Origin: a bacterium
GTDB taxonomy: Bacteria > UBA8248
Length of the DNA stretch: 64,000 bases
Assembly: GCA_965213625.1 (NCBI GenBank)
Contig: CBDBZU010000004.1
Location: forward strand, 1,088,001-1,152,000
Direction of reading: 5' to 3'
Part shown: positions 48,361 through 58,354 of the stretch, piece by piece
Layout: every line of letters starts with the position of its first letter
Position numbering within the stretch: position 1 is the first letter of the stretch
Made by a program: the position numbers and the translations under genes
Notes under the pieces: model-generated
The model's database searches: none
Told to the model about the DNA's origin: nothing
What the model saw: only the letters and a program-made list of their open reading frames with translations

Positions 48361-49401
48361 TTAGTTTCCTCCTCCAGACATGAAGCGGTTGGCATCGGCG
48401 ACGTCGAGCTTGCTGCCGACGATGAAGGGAATGCGCTGGTGCAGCTTTTCGGGCTGTATCTCCAACACCCTGCGGCAGCCGTCGCTCGCTGCGCCCCCGG
48501 CTTGCTCAGCGATGAAGGACATGGGGTTGCACTCGTAGAGAAGGCGCAGCTTGCCGTTCGGGTTTTTCTTGTCGCCGGGATAAAGGAAGATGCCGCCCTT
48601 CAAGAGGTTTCTGTGGAAATCGGCCACCAGCGAGCCGATGTAGCGCCCCGAATAGGGGCGGTCCGTTTCGGCGTCTTCCTCTTTCAGGTATTCGACGTAG
48701 CGGGCGGTGGAATCGTCCCATTTCGAGGAATTGCCCTCGTTGATGCTGTATATCTTCCCCCGCTCGGGAATCCGGATGTTGGGATGGGAGAGGAAGAATT
48801 CGCCCACCGAAGGGTCGAGCGTGAAGCCGTCGACGCCATTGCCCGTGGTGTAGACCAGCATGGTGGATGAGCCGTAGATGACGTAGCCCGCGCAAATCTG
48901 CGCCAAACCCGTTTGGAGAAAGTCGTCGATCTCCGTAGGTCCGCCGTCTTCCTTGCGGCGCAGGATCGAGAAAATCGAGCCGATGCTCACGTTCACGTCG
49001 ATGTTCGAGGAGCCGTCCAGCGGATCGTAGAGCACGACGTATTCGCCACCCTCGATGTATTCGCCGGGGACGGCATAGACCTCCTCCATCTCCTCGCTCG
49101 CCAGGGCGGCCACCGATCCCGTGTGGTCGAGGGCTTTTCGCAGCACGTCGTTAGCGTATTCGTCGAGTTTCTGGACTTCCTCGCCCTGCACGTTGACCTC
49201 GCCGGTCAACCCGAGGATGTCCACGAGGCCCGCCTTGTTCACTTCGGCGTTGATGATCTTTGCGGCCAGGGTGATCTGCGTGACGAGGCGGGTGAACAGC
49301 CCGCGTGCGCCCGGGTGGTTCCTCTCCTCCTCGCGGATGTGGCGCTCGAGCGTCATTCCCCTGAATTTCGTGGTGTCGACGGTAGCGGCTTCCTGCTGCA
49401 T
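48361..49401 (-). CDS. fbp: class 1 fructose-1,6-bisphosphatase
   Basis: DPLDGSSNID, RYIGSLVADFHR and GKLRLLYE. Confidence 0.95.
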   Translation of the reverse strand: MQQEAATVDTTKFRGMTLERHIREEERNHPGARGLFTRLVTQITLAAKIINAEVNKAGLVDILGLTGEVNVQGEEVQKLDEYANDVLRKALDHTGSVAALASEEMEEVYAVPGEYIEGGEYVVLYDPLDGSSNIDVNVSIGSIFSILRRKEDGGPTEIDDFLQTGLAQICAGYVIYGSSTMLVYTTGNGVDGFTLDPSVGEFFLSHPNIRIPERGKIYSINEGNSSKWDDSTARYVEYLKEEDAETDRPYSGRYIGSLVADFHRNLLKGGIFLYPGDKKNPNGKLRLLYECNPMSFIAEQAGGAASDGCRRVLEIQPEKLHQRIPFIVGSKLDVADANRFMSGGGN

Positions 49402-49439
49402 CCTCTCTCTTGCTCCTTGGTGGGCGGTTGCTTGTTCGG

Positions 49440-50465
49440 CTACGCGGCGACTTCTCCTTCCATCGCGTCCTCATACGCTCCCGTGCGCGCGGCGCCGTTG
49501 CACTTGCAGCGATGCAGGAAGAGTCTCTGGGCGAGGGGTACGTTCGCCGCCTCGCCACCCCAACCCTTGAGCGCGGGCGCCTGCAGGGCGCGGCCGTAGG
49601 AGAAGCTGAGCTCCCAGGGGTGGGGGCCCATTGCGTTCATCGCGTTTAAGTGCGCGGTGGCGACGGCGTCGCTCTGTCCGCCCGAGAGGAAGCAGATGCC
49701 AGGCACGGCGGCGGGCACGTTTCTCGTGAGAGAGCGAACCGTGGCCTCGGCCACTTCCTGCACGCCCGCCTGGGTCGGGCATTGCTTACCCGATATCACC
49801 ATGTTGGGTTTGAGGATCATGCCCTCAAGCGAGACGCGGTGTAAGTGCAGGGCGTGGAAGACGCTCTCGAGCGCCTCGTTCGTCACCTCTTCGCAGACCT
49901 CGATGGTATTGTCCGCGTCCATGAGCACCTCGGGCTCCACGATGGGCACGAGGCCCGCCTCCTGTGAGAGCGCCGCATAGCGCGCGAGGCCGTGCGCGTT
50001 GGCGTCGATACAATAGGCAGAGGGGATTCCCTCGCCGATGGTGATGACGGCGCGCCACTTTGTGAACGTGGCGCCGAGTGTGACGTATTCCGCCAGACGC
50101 TCGCGCAGGCCGTCGAGACCCTCGGTGACTTTCTCACCCGGGGCGAATGCCAGGTCCTTCGCGCCCATGTCGACCTTGATGCCCGGCAGGATGCCGCGCG
50201 AGGCGAGCAGCGCGCCGAAGTTCGTTCCGTCCGCAGCGCTCTGGCGCAGCGTCTCGTCAAAGAGAATGACGCCGCTGACGTAATCCTCGATTCCCTCCGT
50301 CGTGAAGAGAAGCTCGCGATATGCGCGCCGGTTATCCTCGGTGGATTCGACGCCGATGCTGTCGAGGCGCTTTTGAATCGTGCCCGTGCTCTCGTCCGCC
50401 GCGAGGATGCCTTTACCGGGCGCCACCATCTGATTGGCGATTTTCGCCAGGTCGTTCGTGCTCAT
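49440..50465 (-). CDS. class I fructose-bisphosphate aldolase
   Basis: GILAADES, KWRAV, VPIVEPEV, LKPNM, FLSGGQ and FSYGRALQ. Confidence 0.95.
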   Translation of the reverse strand: MSTNDLAKIANQMVAPGKGILAADESTGTIQKRLDSIGVESTEDNRRAYRELLFTTEGIEDYVSGVILFDETLRQSAADGTNFGALLASRGILPGIKVDMGAKDLAFAPGEKVTEGLDGLRERLAEYVTLGATFTKWRAVITIGEGIPSAYCIDANAHGLARYAALSQEAGLVPIVEPEVLMDADNTIEVCEEVTNEALESVFHALHLHRVSLEGMILKPNMVISGKQCPTQAGVQEVAEATVRSLTRNVPAAVPGICFLSGGQSDAVATAHLNAMNAMGPHPWELSFSYGRALQAPALKGWGGEAANVPLAQRLFLHRCKCNGAARTGAYEDAMEGEVAA

Positions 50466-50778
50466 GATTTTGCTCCTGCAAGGATTGCCGATGAGGTAAA
50501 AGTTCAAAGGAAATTCCCCGTCTCCGGGGTTTCCCGCTTTCGCCGCTTAAGGCTTCTGGACGCGTTGGCGGGATCCCGAAATCCGGCTTTGAGATAGCCC
50601 GCTCGCCGTTCGATCGTCTGGGCTGGAACACAACAACCCATCGCGCGTGGAGAATAACAAAACCATGCCGAAGAAGAAACCGCCGCGTGGGTGGAAAACA
50701 TATTCACATCGTGGTCGAATGGAGCCTCCCCGCCCGGGCGAAGAGGTTCTGGATGCTCCGTTTTCCGCGTGCTTGTCC

Positions 50779-51933
50779 ATGAGCGCGCAAACCACAGGCT
50801 CAATCCCTTTCTGGCGGATGCCCGCGTTCTATTTCCTGCATTTCTTCGCCGTGGGCGCCATGCTCCCGTTCCTGAATATCTTTTATCACTCCGTGGGCGT
50901 GAGCGGGTTTCAACTCGGCCTGCTGAACGCCGCGCCGCGTCTTTCGAGCGCGCTCGCCCCGCCTCTGTTCGGAGCACTTGCCGATAAATTCCGCCTGGGC
51001 CGTAGCGTGGCCTTCACATGCGCCATTGCGAGCTCTCTCCTGGCGCTTCTCCTGTGGGGGGCGAGCGGTTTTGTCGCCCTGCTCACATTGATCGCGCTCT
51101 TCTCCGCCTTGAGAGCGCCACTCGTGCCGATAGCCGAGAATCTCTGCCTGCGCGAAATTGAGGCCACGGGCGCGCAATACGGGCGGGTGCGCCTCTGGGG
51201 GTCGCTCGGCTTCATCGTCGCGGCCATGGGCGCAGGCCGTCTGGTCGAGACCACCGGGGTCGCCTCCATCTTTCCGTTTGTGGCGTGCGTGGGCGCCCTG
51301 CTCGTTTTCGTGATTTTTTTTCTACCGAGGGAGACGGGCCGCGCGCGCCCGCGCTTCCGGGCCGACCTGAGCCTGTTGCTCCGCAGCCGCCCGCTCGCCG
51401 TCTTCCTGCTCACGACGACGTTTGCCTCGATATCCGCAGGGCCTTTTGGGATTTATTTCAGCATCAGGCTGAAAGAATTGGGTATGTCGGCGGACCTGAT
51501 CGCACTGGCGTGGACGGTGGGCGTGGTGAGCGAGATTGTCTTTCTCATCTACGCGAAGGCCATACAGACGAGGTTCGGTCTCAAGTGGATGATTGTCGCC
51601 GGCATGATCGCCGCAGGCCTGAGGTGGGAGTTCGTCGCCCTCACGACGGATGCGGTTTTGCTCATCCTCATCCAGCTCTTACACGGCGTCGCCTTCGGCG
51701 TCTTTCACGCAGGCGCGATTCAGTACGTCGACCGCCTGAGCAGCGCTGCGACCAAGAACACCGCCCAGTCCCTCTACAGCGCAGCCACCTGGGGGGTCGG
51801 CTCCACGCTCGGCGCGCTGCTGGCGGGCTGGCTGCTTCCGATCTGGGGGTTCGTGACGCTGCTCCACGTCGGTGCAGGGGTGGCCTTGTGCGCGGGGCTC
51901 GCCTTCGCCGTCTTTGGCGAGAACGTGAAGTAA
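50779..51933 (+). CDS. MFS transporter (HcaT / MFS_1_like)
   Basis: G.LADK, YGRVRLWGSLGF and QLLHG..FG.FH. Confidence 0.88.
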   Translation: MSAQTTGSIPFWRMPAFYFLHFFAVGAMLPFLNIFYHSVGVSGFQLGLLNAAPRLSSALAPPLFGALADKFRLGRSVAFTCAIASSLLALLLWGASGFVALLTLIALFSALRAPLVPIAENLCLREIEATGAQYGRVRLWGSLGFIVAAMGAGRLVETTGVASIFPFVACVGALLVFVIFFLPRETGRARPRFRADLSLLLRSRPLAVFLLTTTFASISAGPFGIYFSIRLKELGMSADLIALAWTVGVVSEIVFLIYAKAIQTRFGLKWMIVAGMIAAGLRWEFVALTTDAVLLILIQLLHGVAFGVFHAGAIQYVDRLSSAATKNTAQSLYSAATWGVGSTLGALLAGWLLPIWGFVTLLHVGAGVALCAGLAFAVFGENVK

Positions 51934-52090
51934 AGTCGCGCGCTCCCTTATCGAAGGCGCGAGGCGAATTCATACCACAGGGAGACACCGCATCGCCCCG
52001 AATTATGTGGACGAAACGCCGCGGTTGGGGTAACCTGTCAGTATTGCGAAACAAGGCTTTCAATTACTAACGACCCACGAGGATAATCTC

Positions 52091-53086
52091 ATGAAACAGA
52101 CCCGTTTCCTGGTGCGCCTCACCCTGGCGGCCTTCGCCGCTCTCGCGCTGGTTTTGAGCGCATCGACACCGGCTTGCGCAGCCGACAAGATCGTCGACAA
52201 AATCCACTTCCTCATCCCGGGCGGCGCGGGCGGCGGCTGGGACAGCACTGCTCGTGGAACCGGAGAGGCGTTGACGAAGTCCGGCATCGTCAGGACCGCG
52301 TCCTACGAGAACATGTCCGGCGGGGGCGGTGGCAAGGCTATCGGCTTCCTGATCGAGAACGCCGCGTCCAATCACGGCACCTTGATGGTCAACTCCACGC
52401 CCATCATCATACGCTCCCTGGTGGGTCGCTTCCCCCATAATTTTCGCGATCTGACAATGGTCGCAGGCACCATCGGCGACTACGCGGCCATCATCACGGG
52501 CAAGAACAGCCCCTACAAGAACTTCTCGGACGTGGTGGTGGCCTACAAGAAAAACCCGCGCAAGGTATCCGTCGGCGGCGGTTCGGTGCCCGGCGGATTG
52601 GACCATCTGGTTGCCGCCATGGCGTTCCAGGCGGCCGGGGCGAACCCGACCAGGGTCAAGTACATTCCCTATGACGCCGGGGGCAAGCTGAATGCGGCGA
52701 TCCTCTCCGGCGAGGTAGCCGCCGGCTCCACCGGGTTCTCCGAGGCCGTGGCGCTTGCGAAGGCCGGCGAGATGCGCATTCTGGCGGTGTCCTCGAACAA
52801 GCGCGTACCGGCGTACAAGGATGCTCCTACATTCAAGGAGCAGGGTTACGACGTCACCTTCGTGAACTGGCGCGGCTTCTTTGGCGCCCCGGGACTGCCG
52901 GCCGACAAGGCGGACCTGTACCGCAAGGCCCTCGCCGCGATGTATGCGACACCGGCGTGGAAAGCTGTGCGCGACCGTAACGGCTGGGTCGACATTCACA
53001 ATTCCGGCAAGGACTTCGTCGCGTTCCTGGAAAACCAGGAGAAGGTGATCAAGGCCCTGATGCAGAAGCTCGGCTTCCTGAGGTAG
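52091..53086 (+). CDS. tctC: tripartite tricarboxylate transporter substrate-binding protein
   Basis: PGGAGGGWD..AR, N..GGGG and NWRG. Confidence 0.9.
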   Translation: MKQTRFLVRLTLAAFAALALVLSASTPACAADKIVDKIHFLIPGGAGGGWDSTARGTGEALTKSGIVRTASYENMSGGGGGKAIGFLIENAASNHGTLMVNSTPIIIRSLVGRFPHNFRDLTMVAGTIGDYAAIITGKNSPYKNFSDVVVAYKKNPRKVSVGGGSVPGGLDHLVAAMAFQAAGANPTRVKYIPYDAGGKLNAAILSGEVAAGSTGFSEAVALAKAGEMRILAVSSNKRVPAYKDAPTFKEQGYDVTFVNWRGFFGAPGLPADKADLYRKALAAMYATPAWKAVRDRNGWVDIHNSGKDFVAFLENQEKVIKALMQKLGFLR

Positions 53087-53167
53087 CGAACGACTAATGC
53101 GGGGCGTTCGCCGGCGGCGTCCCGTATTTTCATCTCATTCGTGTGCGTAGCGGGGAGGAATGGATTC

Positions 53168-53647
53168 ATGACTCTCGAACGCGCCATCGCCCTGATATTC
53201 GTCGTCGTTTGCGTGGCCTATGGCTACACGGCCTTCGTAGTCATGGAAGCTTCACTGTTGCCGTTCGAACGCAATATGACCTTCCTTCCCAACGTGCTGC
53301 CGAAATGGCTGAGCGTTCTCGGCGTGATTGTAGGGCTGGCTGTTCTGGTTCAATCGGGCGCCGGAGCCGAAAACGACGCTGATGACATCGATGTCGGCAA
53401 CCTCCGGCAGTACAAGCTCGGCCAGGCGGTCACGTTGCTGGTGCTCATGATCGCCTACGCGCTTCTGCTCCGGCCGGTCGGCTTCGTTACCACGACTACC
53501 CTGTTTCTGACCCTGGGCGCCGTCATTCTCGGCGAGCGACGCTTCGGGCTGCTGGTTCCGGTGTCCGTACTGGCGGCGTTCCTGATCTGGTACCTGGTGC
53601 AGGAAGTGCTCGGCATCTTCCTCCGCCCCTGGCCCTGGTTCCTGTAG
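53168..53647 (+). CDS. tctB: tripartite tricarboxylate transporter small subunit
   Basis: Small multi-TM protein between tctC and tctA. Confidence 0.85.
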   Translation: MTLERAIALIFVVVCVAYGYTAFVVMEASLLPFERNMTFLPNVLPKWLSVLGVIVGLAVLVQSGAGAENDADDIDVGNLRQYKLGQAVTLLVLMIAYALLLRPVGFVTTTTLFLTLGAVILGERRFGLLVPVSVLAAFLIWYLVQEVLGIFLRPWPWFL

Positions 53648-53660
53648 GGGGGACGACCCG

Positions 53661-55181
53661 ATGATTGAAGGACTCCTCGCCGGCCTGTCGACCGCCTTCA
53701 GCATTCAAAACCTCCTCATGGTTATCGGCGGCTGCCTGATCGGCACCTTCATCGGCATGCTGCCGGGTCTGGGGCCCATGTCGATTATCGCCATCATGAT
53801 CCCCATCGCCATTCAGATCGGTGATCCGGCAGCGGCGCTGATTCTGCTGGCGGGCGTGTATTACGGCGCCATATTCGGCGGTTCCACTTCGTCTATTCTG
53901 ATCAACGCTCCCGGAGTCGCCGGCACCGTCGCCACCGCCTTCGACGGCTATCCCATGGCGCGCCAGGGGCAAGCGGGCAAGGCGTTGACCATCGCCGCCA
54001 TCTCATCGTTTTCAGGTGGTACGGTCGGCGCCATCCTGCTGATGGGGTTCGCACCCGGCTTGGCGTCCGTCGCGCTGCTGTTCCACTCCGCCGAGTATTT
54101 CGCGCTCATGGTCGTGGGCCTTGCCGCCATCGCCGCCTTTGCGGGCGCCGGCCAGGTCGCCAAGGCTTTGATGATGACCGTCCTCGGCGTGATGCTGGCG
54201 ACCGTCGGCGAAAGCGCGTTGTTCAACGCGCCGCGCTTCACCTTCGGCATTCAGGACCTGCAGAGCGGCATCAGCTTCATCACCCTCGCCATGGCCCTGT
54301 TCGCCCTGCCGGAGGCGTTGTACCTGGTGCTCAACCCGAAGCGATCGGAGCGGGGCGAAGACGGCGAAAGCACGATTGCAAACCTGCGCATCACGCGCGA
54401 GGAAGCAAAGGAGATTGCCCCCGTCATCGGCCGCCAATCGCTTCAGGGTTTCTTTATCGGGGTCATGCCGGGCGCCGGAGCAACCATCGCTTCGTTCCTA
54501 GGCTACGCGGTGGAGCGCAACATCGCCAAGGGAGAGGACCAGGCCAAGTTCGGAAAGGGATCGGTGAAGGGGCTGGCGGCGCCGGAAACCGCGAACAACG
54601 CGGCCTGCACGGGATCGTTCGTGCCGCTGCTCACGCTGGGGATTCCGGGGTCCGGCACCACCGCCATCCTGCTGGGCGCCCTGATCGCGCTTAACGTGGC
54701 CCCGGGACCGCGTCTGATGGTGGACAATCCCACCATCTTCTGGGCGGTGATCATTTCCATGTACATCGGCAACGTGGTGCTGCTGATCCTCAACCTGCCG
54801 CTGATCCCCTATATCGCCAAACTCCTGGAAATCCCCCGCAACTACCTGATTCCCTTCATCCTGTTCTTCACCATGATGGGCAGCTATATCGGCCAGAACA
54901 ACGCCACCGAACTGCTGCTGCTGACCGGCATGGGAATCGTTGCGACGGTCATGCGCATGACCGGCTACCCGCTGGCGCCGATGCTGATCGGGTTCATTCT
55001 CGGGCCGCTGCTGGAGGACAACTTCGCCCGCGCCATGAACCTAACCGACGGCATCAGCTTCATGTGGGAGCGGCCGATGACCGCGTCGCTGCTGGTCTTC
55101 GCCATCGTGTTGATCTTCCTGCCTTCCATCCGCGCGGGCCTTGGGCAAATCAAGGGCGATGAGGCCGCCCGGGGTGACTGA
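53661..55181 (+). CDS. tctA: tripartite tricarboxylate transporter large subunit
   Basis: GMLPGLG, YYGAIFGGS, DGYPMA, PETANNA and LTLGIPG. Confidence 0.93.
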   Translation: MIEGLLAGLSTAFSIQNLLMVIGGCLIGTFIGMLPGLGPMSIIAIMIPIAIQIGDPAAALILLAGVYYGAIFGGSTSSILINAPGVAGTVATAFDGYPMARQGQAGKALTIAAISSFSGGTVGAILLMGFAPGLASVALLFHSAEYFALMVVGLAAIAAFAGAGQVAKALMMTVLGVMLATVGESALFNAPRFTFGIQDLQSGISFITLAMALFALPEALYLVLNPKRSERGEDGESTIANLRITREEAKEIAPVIGRQSLQGFFIGVMPGAGATIASFLGYAVERNIAKGEDQAKFGKGSVKGLAAPETANNAACTGSFVPLLTLGIPGSGTTAILLGALIALNVAPGPRLMVDNPTIFWAVIISMYIGNVVLLILNLPLIPYIAKLLEIPRNYLIPFILFFTMMGSYIGQNNATELLLLTGMGIVATVMRMTGYPLAPMLIGFILGPLLEDNFARAMNLTDGISFMWERPMTASLLVFAIVLIFLPSIRAGLGQIKGDEAARGD

Positions 55182-55373
55182 CGGGCGCGGTTCCGCAAGA
55201 AAAGGTCGGTGAACTACGAAACAAGGTTACACACCCTGCGGGAGGAGCGCATCGGCGGACCGGCTTATTTCGACTTGCTCCGGAATCCATCCGCTTCTAC
55301 GTCCACCATAAACGTCGACAAGGCGCCTGTGGAACGCGCCGGGCAGGGCTTCGACGCCGCAGGCCTCGTGCTT

Positions 55374-55494
55374 TGCGCGGGACTTCCCTTCGCCGTCTTC
55401 GGCGAGAACGTGAAGTGAAGCCGCTCGCCTTCGCTGGACGACTCCTCTCATCGTGTGGGACTATGCCGCGCGCTCCCTTATCGAAGGCGCGAGG
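55374..55494 (+). repeat. diverged duplicate of the MFS gene 3' end and downstream sequence (51889-51964)
   Basis: Both copies encode CAGL.FAVFGENVK*; an identical 28-mer lies at 51937 and 55467. Confidence 0.85.
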
Positions 55495-55521
55495 TGAAAC
55501 GAGGGAGGCAAGGGAGTAATA

Positions 55522-56001
55522 ATGGCGGAGAAGACCCTGTATCTGGCGAGTCCTTACGGTTTTTCCTTACAGCAGCGCGAGGGGCCCCTAAAGGAGCTTA
55601 CGGCGGCGCTCGAGGCGCTGGGCGCCGAAGTGTGGGAACCGTTCACGCGCAACAACCAGCCCGAGATGCTTGCGCAGCCCGGCTGGGCGTACCGCGTGGG
55701 TCAGAACGACATGCACGACGTGCGCGATGCGGCGGGTTTTTTCGGCGTGGTCAACGGCTGTCCGCCCGATGAGGGCGTGATGGTCGAACTCGGCATGGCG
55801 GTCGCCTGGGGAAAGCCCATCTTCTTGTTCCGCGACGACTTCAGGCGCTCTACCGATTGCGAAGCCTATCCGCTGAACCTCATGATCTTCACCGGCCTGC
55901 CCGAGGTCGGCTGGGAGGCCTACTTCTACACTTCGCTCGATGAGATCGCAGCCCCCGAAAAAGCCCTCGCCCGCTGGCTCAGGGACGAGCTCCTGCCTTG
56001 A
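55522..56001 (+). CDS. nucleoside 2-deoxyribosyltransferase family protein
   Basis: YLASP, D.G..VELG.A.A.GKP and LNLM. Confidence 0.85.
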   Translation: MAEKTLYLASPYGFSLQQREGPLKELTAALEALGAEVWEPFTRNNQPEMLAQPGWAYRVGQNDMHDVRDAAGFFGVVNGCPPDEGVMVELGMAVAWGKPIFLFRDDFRRSTDCEAYPLNLMIFTGLPEVGWEAYFYTSLDEIAAPEKALARWLRDELLP

Positions 56002-56062
56002 GGGGGGCGCTACCCGAATCGAAATAAACATTCAACTCATGAATTTCCGGTCGGGTTCTCAT

Positions 56063-56207
56063 GCTATCTGGCGCGTTATTTGACAGGTTATTTGGCAACG
56101 CATGTGATCTCGTAAATATCTGTTTTATATTAGTTATGAATATTTTTCGAAAACATCACGTCTAATTTCCCGTTATTTGACGCACTATTTGACACGCTAT
56201 TTCGCAG
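56063..56207. repeat. two triplets of 12-bp tandem repeats (core TATTTGAC)
   Basis: Units at 56063, 56075, 56087 and at 56172, 56184, 56196. Confidence 0.6.
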
Positions 56208-56249
56208 GAAATTCAAGACTGTCAGAAGGCTTACCAGAAGTAAAAAGTC

Positions 56250-56480
56250 TCACCCCTTCCGTATTACAACGCGCACGCGGCCCTCTTCATCCGGCGTCGC
56301 GCTCTCGATGGCGTGGCCCTCGGCGGCGGCGCTATTGGGGACGCTGGTGGCGGCCTCGCCCGCGTCGAGCCATACTTCGAGCGTATCGCCCGGCGCCATC
56401 GCCTCAAGCGCGAGCTTGGTCCGCACCCAGTTCATGGGGCAGGTCTCACCCGTGAGATCGATGGTTTTGGCGTGGCTCAT
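56250..56480 (-). CDS. TusA/SirA family sulfurtransferase
   Basis: IDLTGETCPM..TKLAL..PGD.LEV..D. Confidence 0.88.
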   Translation of the reverse strand: MSHAKTIDLTGETCPMNWVRTKLALEAMAPGDTLEVWLDAGEAATSVPNSAAAEGHAIESATPDEEGRVRVVIRKG

Positions 56481-56506
56481 TTTCGGCTCCTCATGAGGTT
56501 CGTCCG

Positions 56507-57241
56507 ATGTCCGATATTGCCATTTTTTTGACCGGAACGGGAACCGGCGTGGGCAAGACGGTGGCGGGCTGCGTCATAGCGGCGCACTGGGCGGCCGAGG
56601 GCAAAAGCCCCAGGGTCATGAAGCCCGCCGAATCTGCCTGTGCGCTCGAAGGCGGCCACCTCGTTCCACGCGATGCTCTGGCCCTCAAGACGGCGGCGGG
56701 CGATCCACGGCCGCTTGAGGAGATTTGTCCCTACCGATTCGCAATTCCCCTCACTCCCGCTCATGCGGCTGAGCGCGAAGGCGAGGCGCCGGATCTGGAG
56801 CGCATCGTCGCGCAGATGGAAGCGCTCAAAGAAGAAGGAAACCCCCTGCTCGTCGAGGGCGCGGGTGGCCTTCTTGCCCCTTTGGCCGAAGGCGTCTTGA
56901 TGAGCGATTTGGCCCTGGCTGCGAGTCTGCCCCTTGTGCTCGTCGCTCCGCTGGGGCTCGGGACCATCAACCACACCCTTTTGAGCGTTCGGGAGGCGAA
57001 AAGGCAGGGTCTTCGGGTTCTGGGCGTCATCCTCTCCGACACGACGGGGGAGGCCACGCCTGCGGCGGCGCGCAACCCGGCGGCGGTCGACGAACTTTGC
57101 GGGGCGGACGCGCCGCTACTGGGCGTGATTCCCCATCTGGCGGGGGTGGATGAAATTATCGCGCGTGCAGTACCGGGAACCGATGTCGCAGGCACGCTCC
57201 TGCGCCTGGCGGAGGGTTTGAAGCTGGACGCGCTCGGGTAA
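56507..57241 (+). CDS. bioD: dethiobiotin synthase
   Basis: TGTGTGVGKT, MKP, VEGAGG and LGTINHTLL. Confidence 0.93.
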   Translation: MSDIAIFLTGTGTGVGKTVAGCVIAAHWAAEGKSPRVMKPAESACALEGGHLVPRDALALKTAAGDPRPLEEICPYRFAIPLTPAHAAEREGEAPDLERIVAQMEALKEEGNPLLVEGAGGLLAPLAEGVLMSDLALAASLPLVLVAPLGLGTINHTLLSVREAKRQGLRVLGVILSDTTGEATPAAARNPAAVDELCGADAPLLGVIPHLAGVDEIIARAVPGTDVAGTLLRLAEGLKLDALG

Positions 57242-57253
57242 CGGGGCGAATCG

Positions 57254-58243
57254 CTACTTCGCGAGGACACGCTTGCGCAGGGATTCCACCTCCTCGGGCG
57301 TGCCCAGGGCGTAAAGGTGGTCTCCCGCCTGGATTTCGAAATCAGGCCCCGGGTTGAAGCGCATCTCCCCGCTGTTGTGGCGGATGGAGAGCAGGTACAC
57401 GCCGGTCTCCTGGCTGATCTTCGATTCCCGGAGCGCCATGCCGATGAGGTTCGAACCCTCGGGCACGGTCACCTCGTCGAAGTCCAGGTCCGTCGTCGCG
57501 TGGCCGGTCACCTCGTCGAGAAAACTGGCGAGTTTGGGTCTCAGAACGGACTGCGCCATGCGCATGCCGCCCATGATGTATGGGGAAACCACGTGGTCCG
57601 CGCCCGCCGCCTCCATCTTGCCGATGGAACTCTCGAGCGCCGCGCGGCTCAGGATGAAGAGGTCCGGGTTCAACGCCCGCGCCGTCAAGGTGACGAACAC
57701 GTTTTCCGCGTCCGTCGCGAGAGCGCAGACGAGGCTCTTCGCCTTCTCCACGTGCGCTTCGGCGAGTGTCTCGTCGAGCGTGGCGTCACCGAGGATCACG
57801 AGCTGCCCCTCCTGATCGAGATGCGAGATGATGGACTCGTCGCTCTCGATGATGACGTGGGGCAGCGACTCTCTGGCGTATTCCGCCGCGACGGTGGAGC
57901 CGATGCGCCCGTACCCGCAGATGATGTGATGGTTTTCGAGTCTGTCGAGTTCTTTCACCAGTTTTCGCCTCCCGAAAATCTGTCGTATCCGCTCTTCGAA
58001 CCTCACCTCGGCGATGATCGCGATTCCGTAGAAAAGGGTCCCCACGCCCAGTATCATGAGCGCCACGGTGAACATGCGCCCCGTCGTGCTCATCTCGCGC
58101 ACTTCGTTGAAGCCGACGGTCGTGACGGTGATCATCGTCATATAGAAAGACTCGACGAGCGACCATCCCTCCAGCAGGGTATAGCCTGCGGTGCCGAGGA
58201 TGATAACGCCGACCAGACATGCGGCGATGTAGCCTATACGCAA
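57254..58243 (-). CDS. potassium channel protein with TrkA-N/C (RCK) domains
   Basis: TVTTVGF filter, CGYGRIG and GDAT. Confidence 0.92.
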   Translation of the reverse strand: MRIGYIAACLVGVIILGTAGYTLLEGWSLVESFYMTMITVTTVGFNEVREMSTTGRMFTVALMILGVGTLFYGIAIIAEVRFEERIRQIFGRRKLVKELDRLENHHIICGYGRIGSTVAAEYARESLPHVIIESDESIISHLDQEGQLVILGDATLDETLAEAHVEKAKSLVCALATDAENVFVTLTARALNPDLFILSRAALESSIGKMEAAGADHVVSPYIMGGMRMAQSVLRPKLASFLDEVTGHATTDLDFDEVTVPEGSNLIGMALRESKISQETGVYLLSIRHNSGEMRFNPGPDFEIQAGDHLYALGTPEEVESLRKRVLAK

Positions 58244-58354
58244 GGTTTTCCGCGCCTTCTATGAATAATCCGTTCTCGTTTCAACCTGTTCGGGCATGGA
58301 TTTTAACCGCAGAGGGGACGCGATGGCGAGGCGGGCCGGGCGAGTGGTTACTGC

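Noticed and set aside
55209-55418. 69-aa ORF as a real gene
   Set aside because: Its 3' part is the duplicated MFS end, so it is better explained as a recombination scar.
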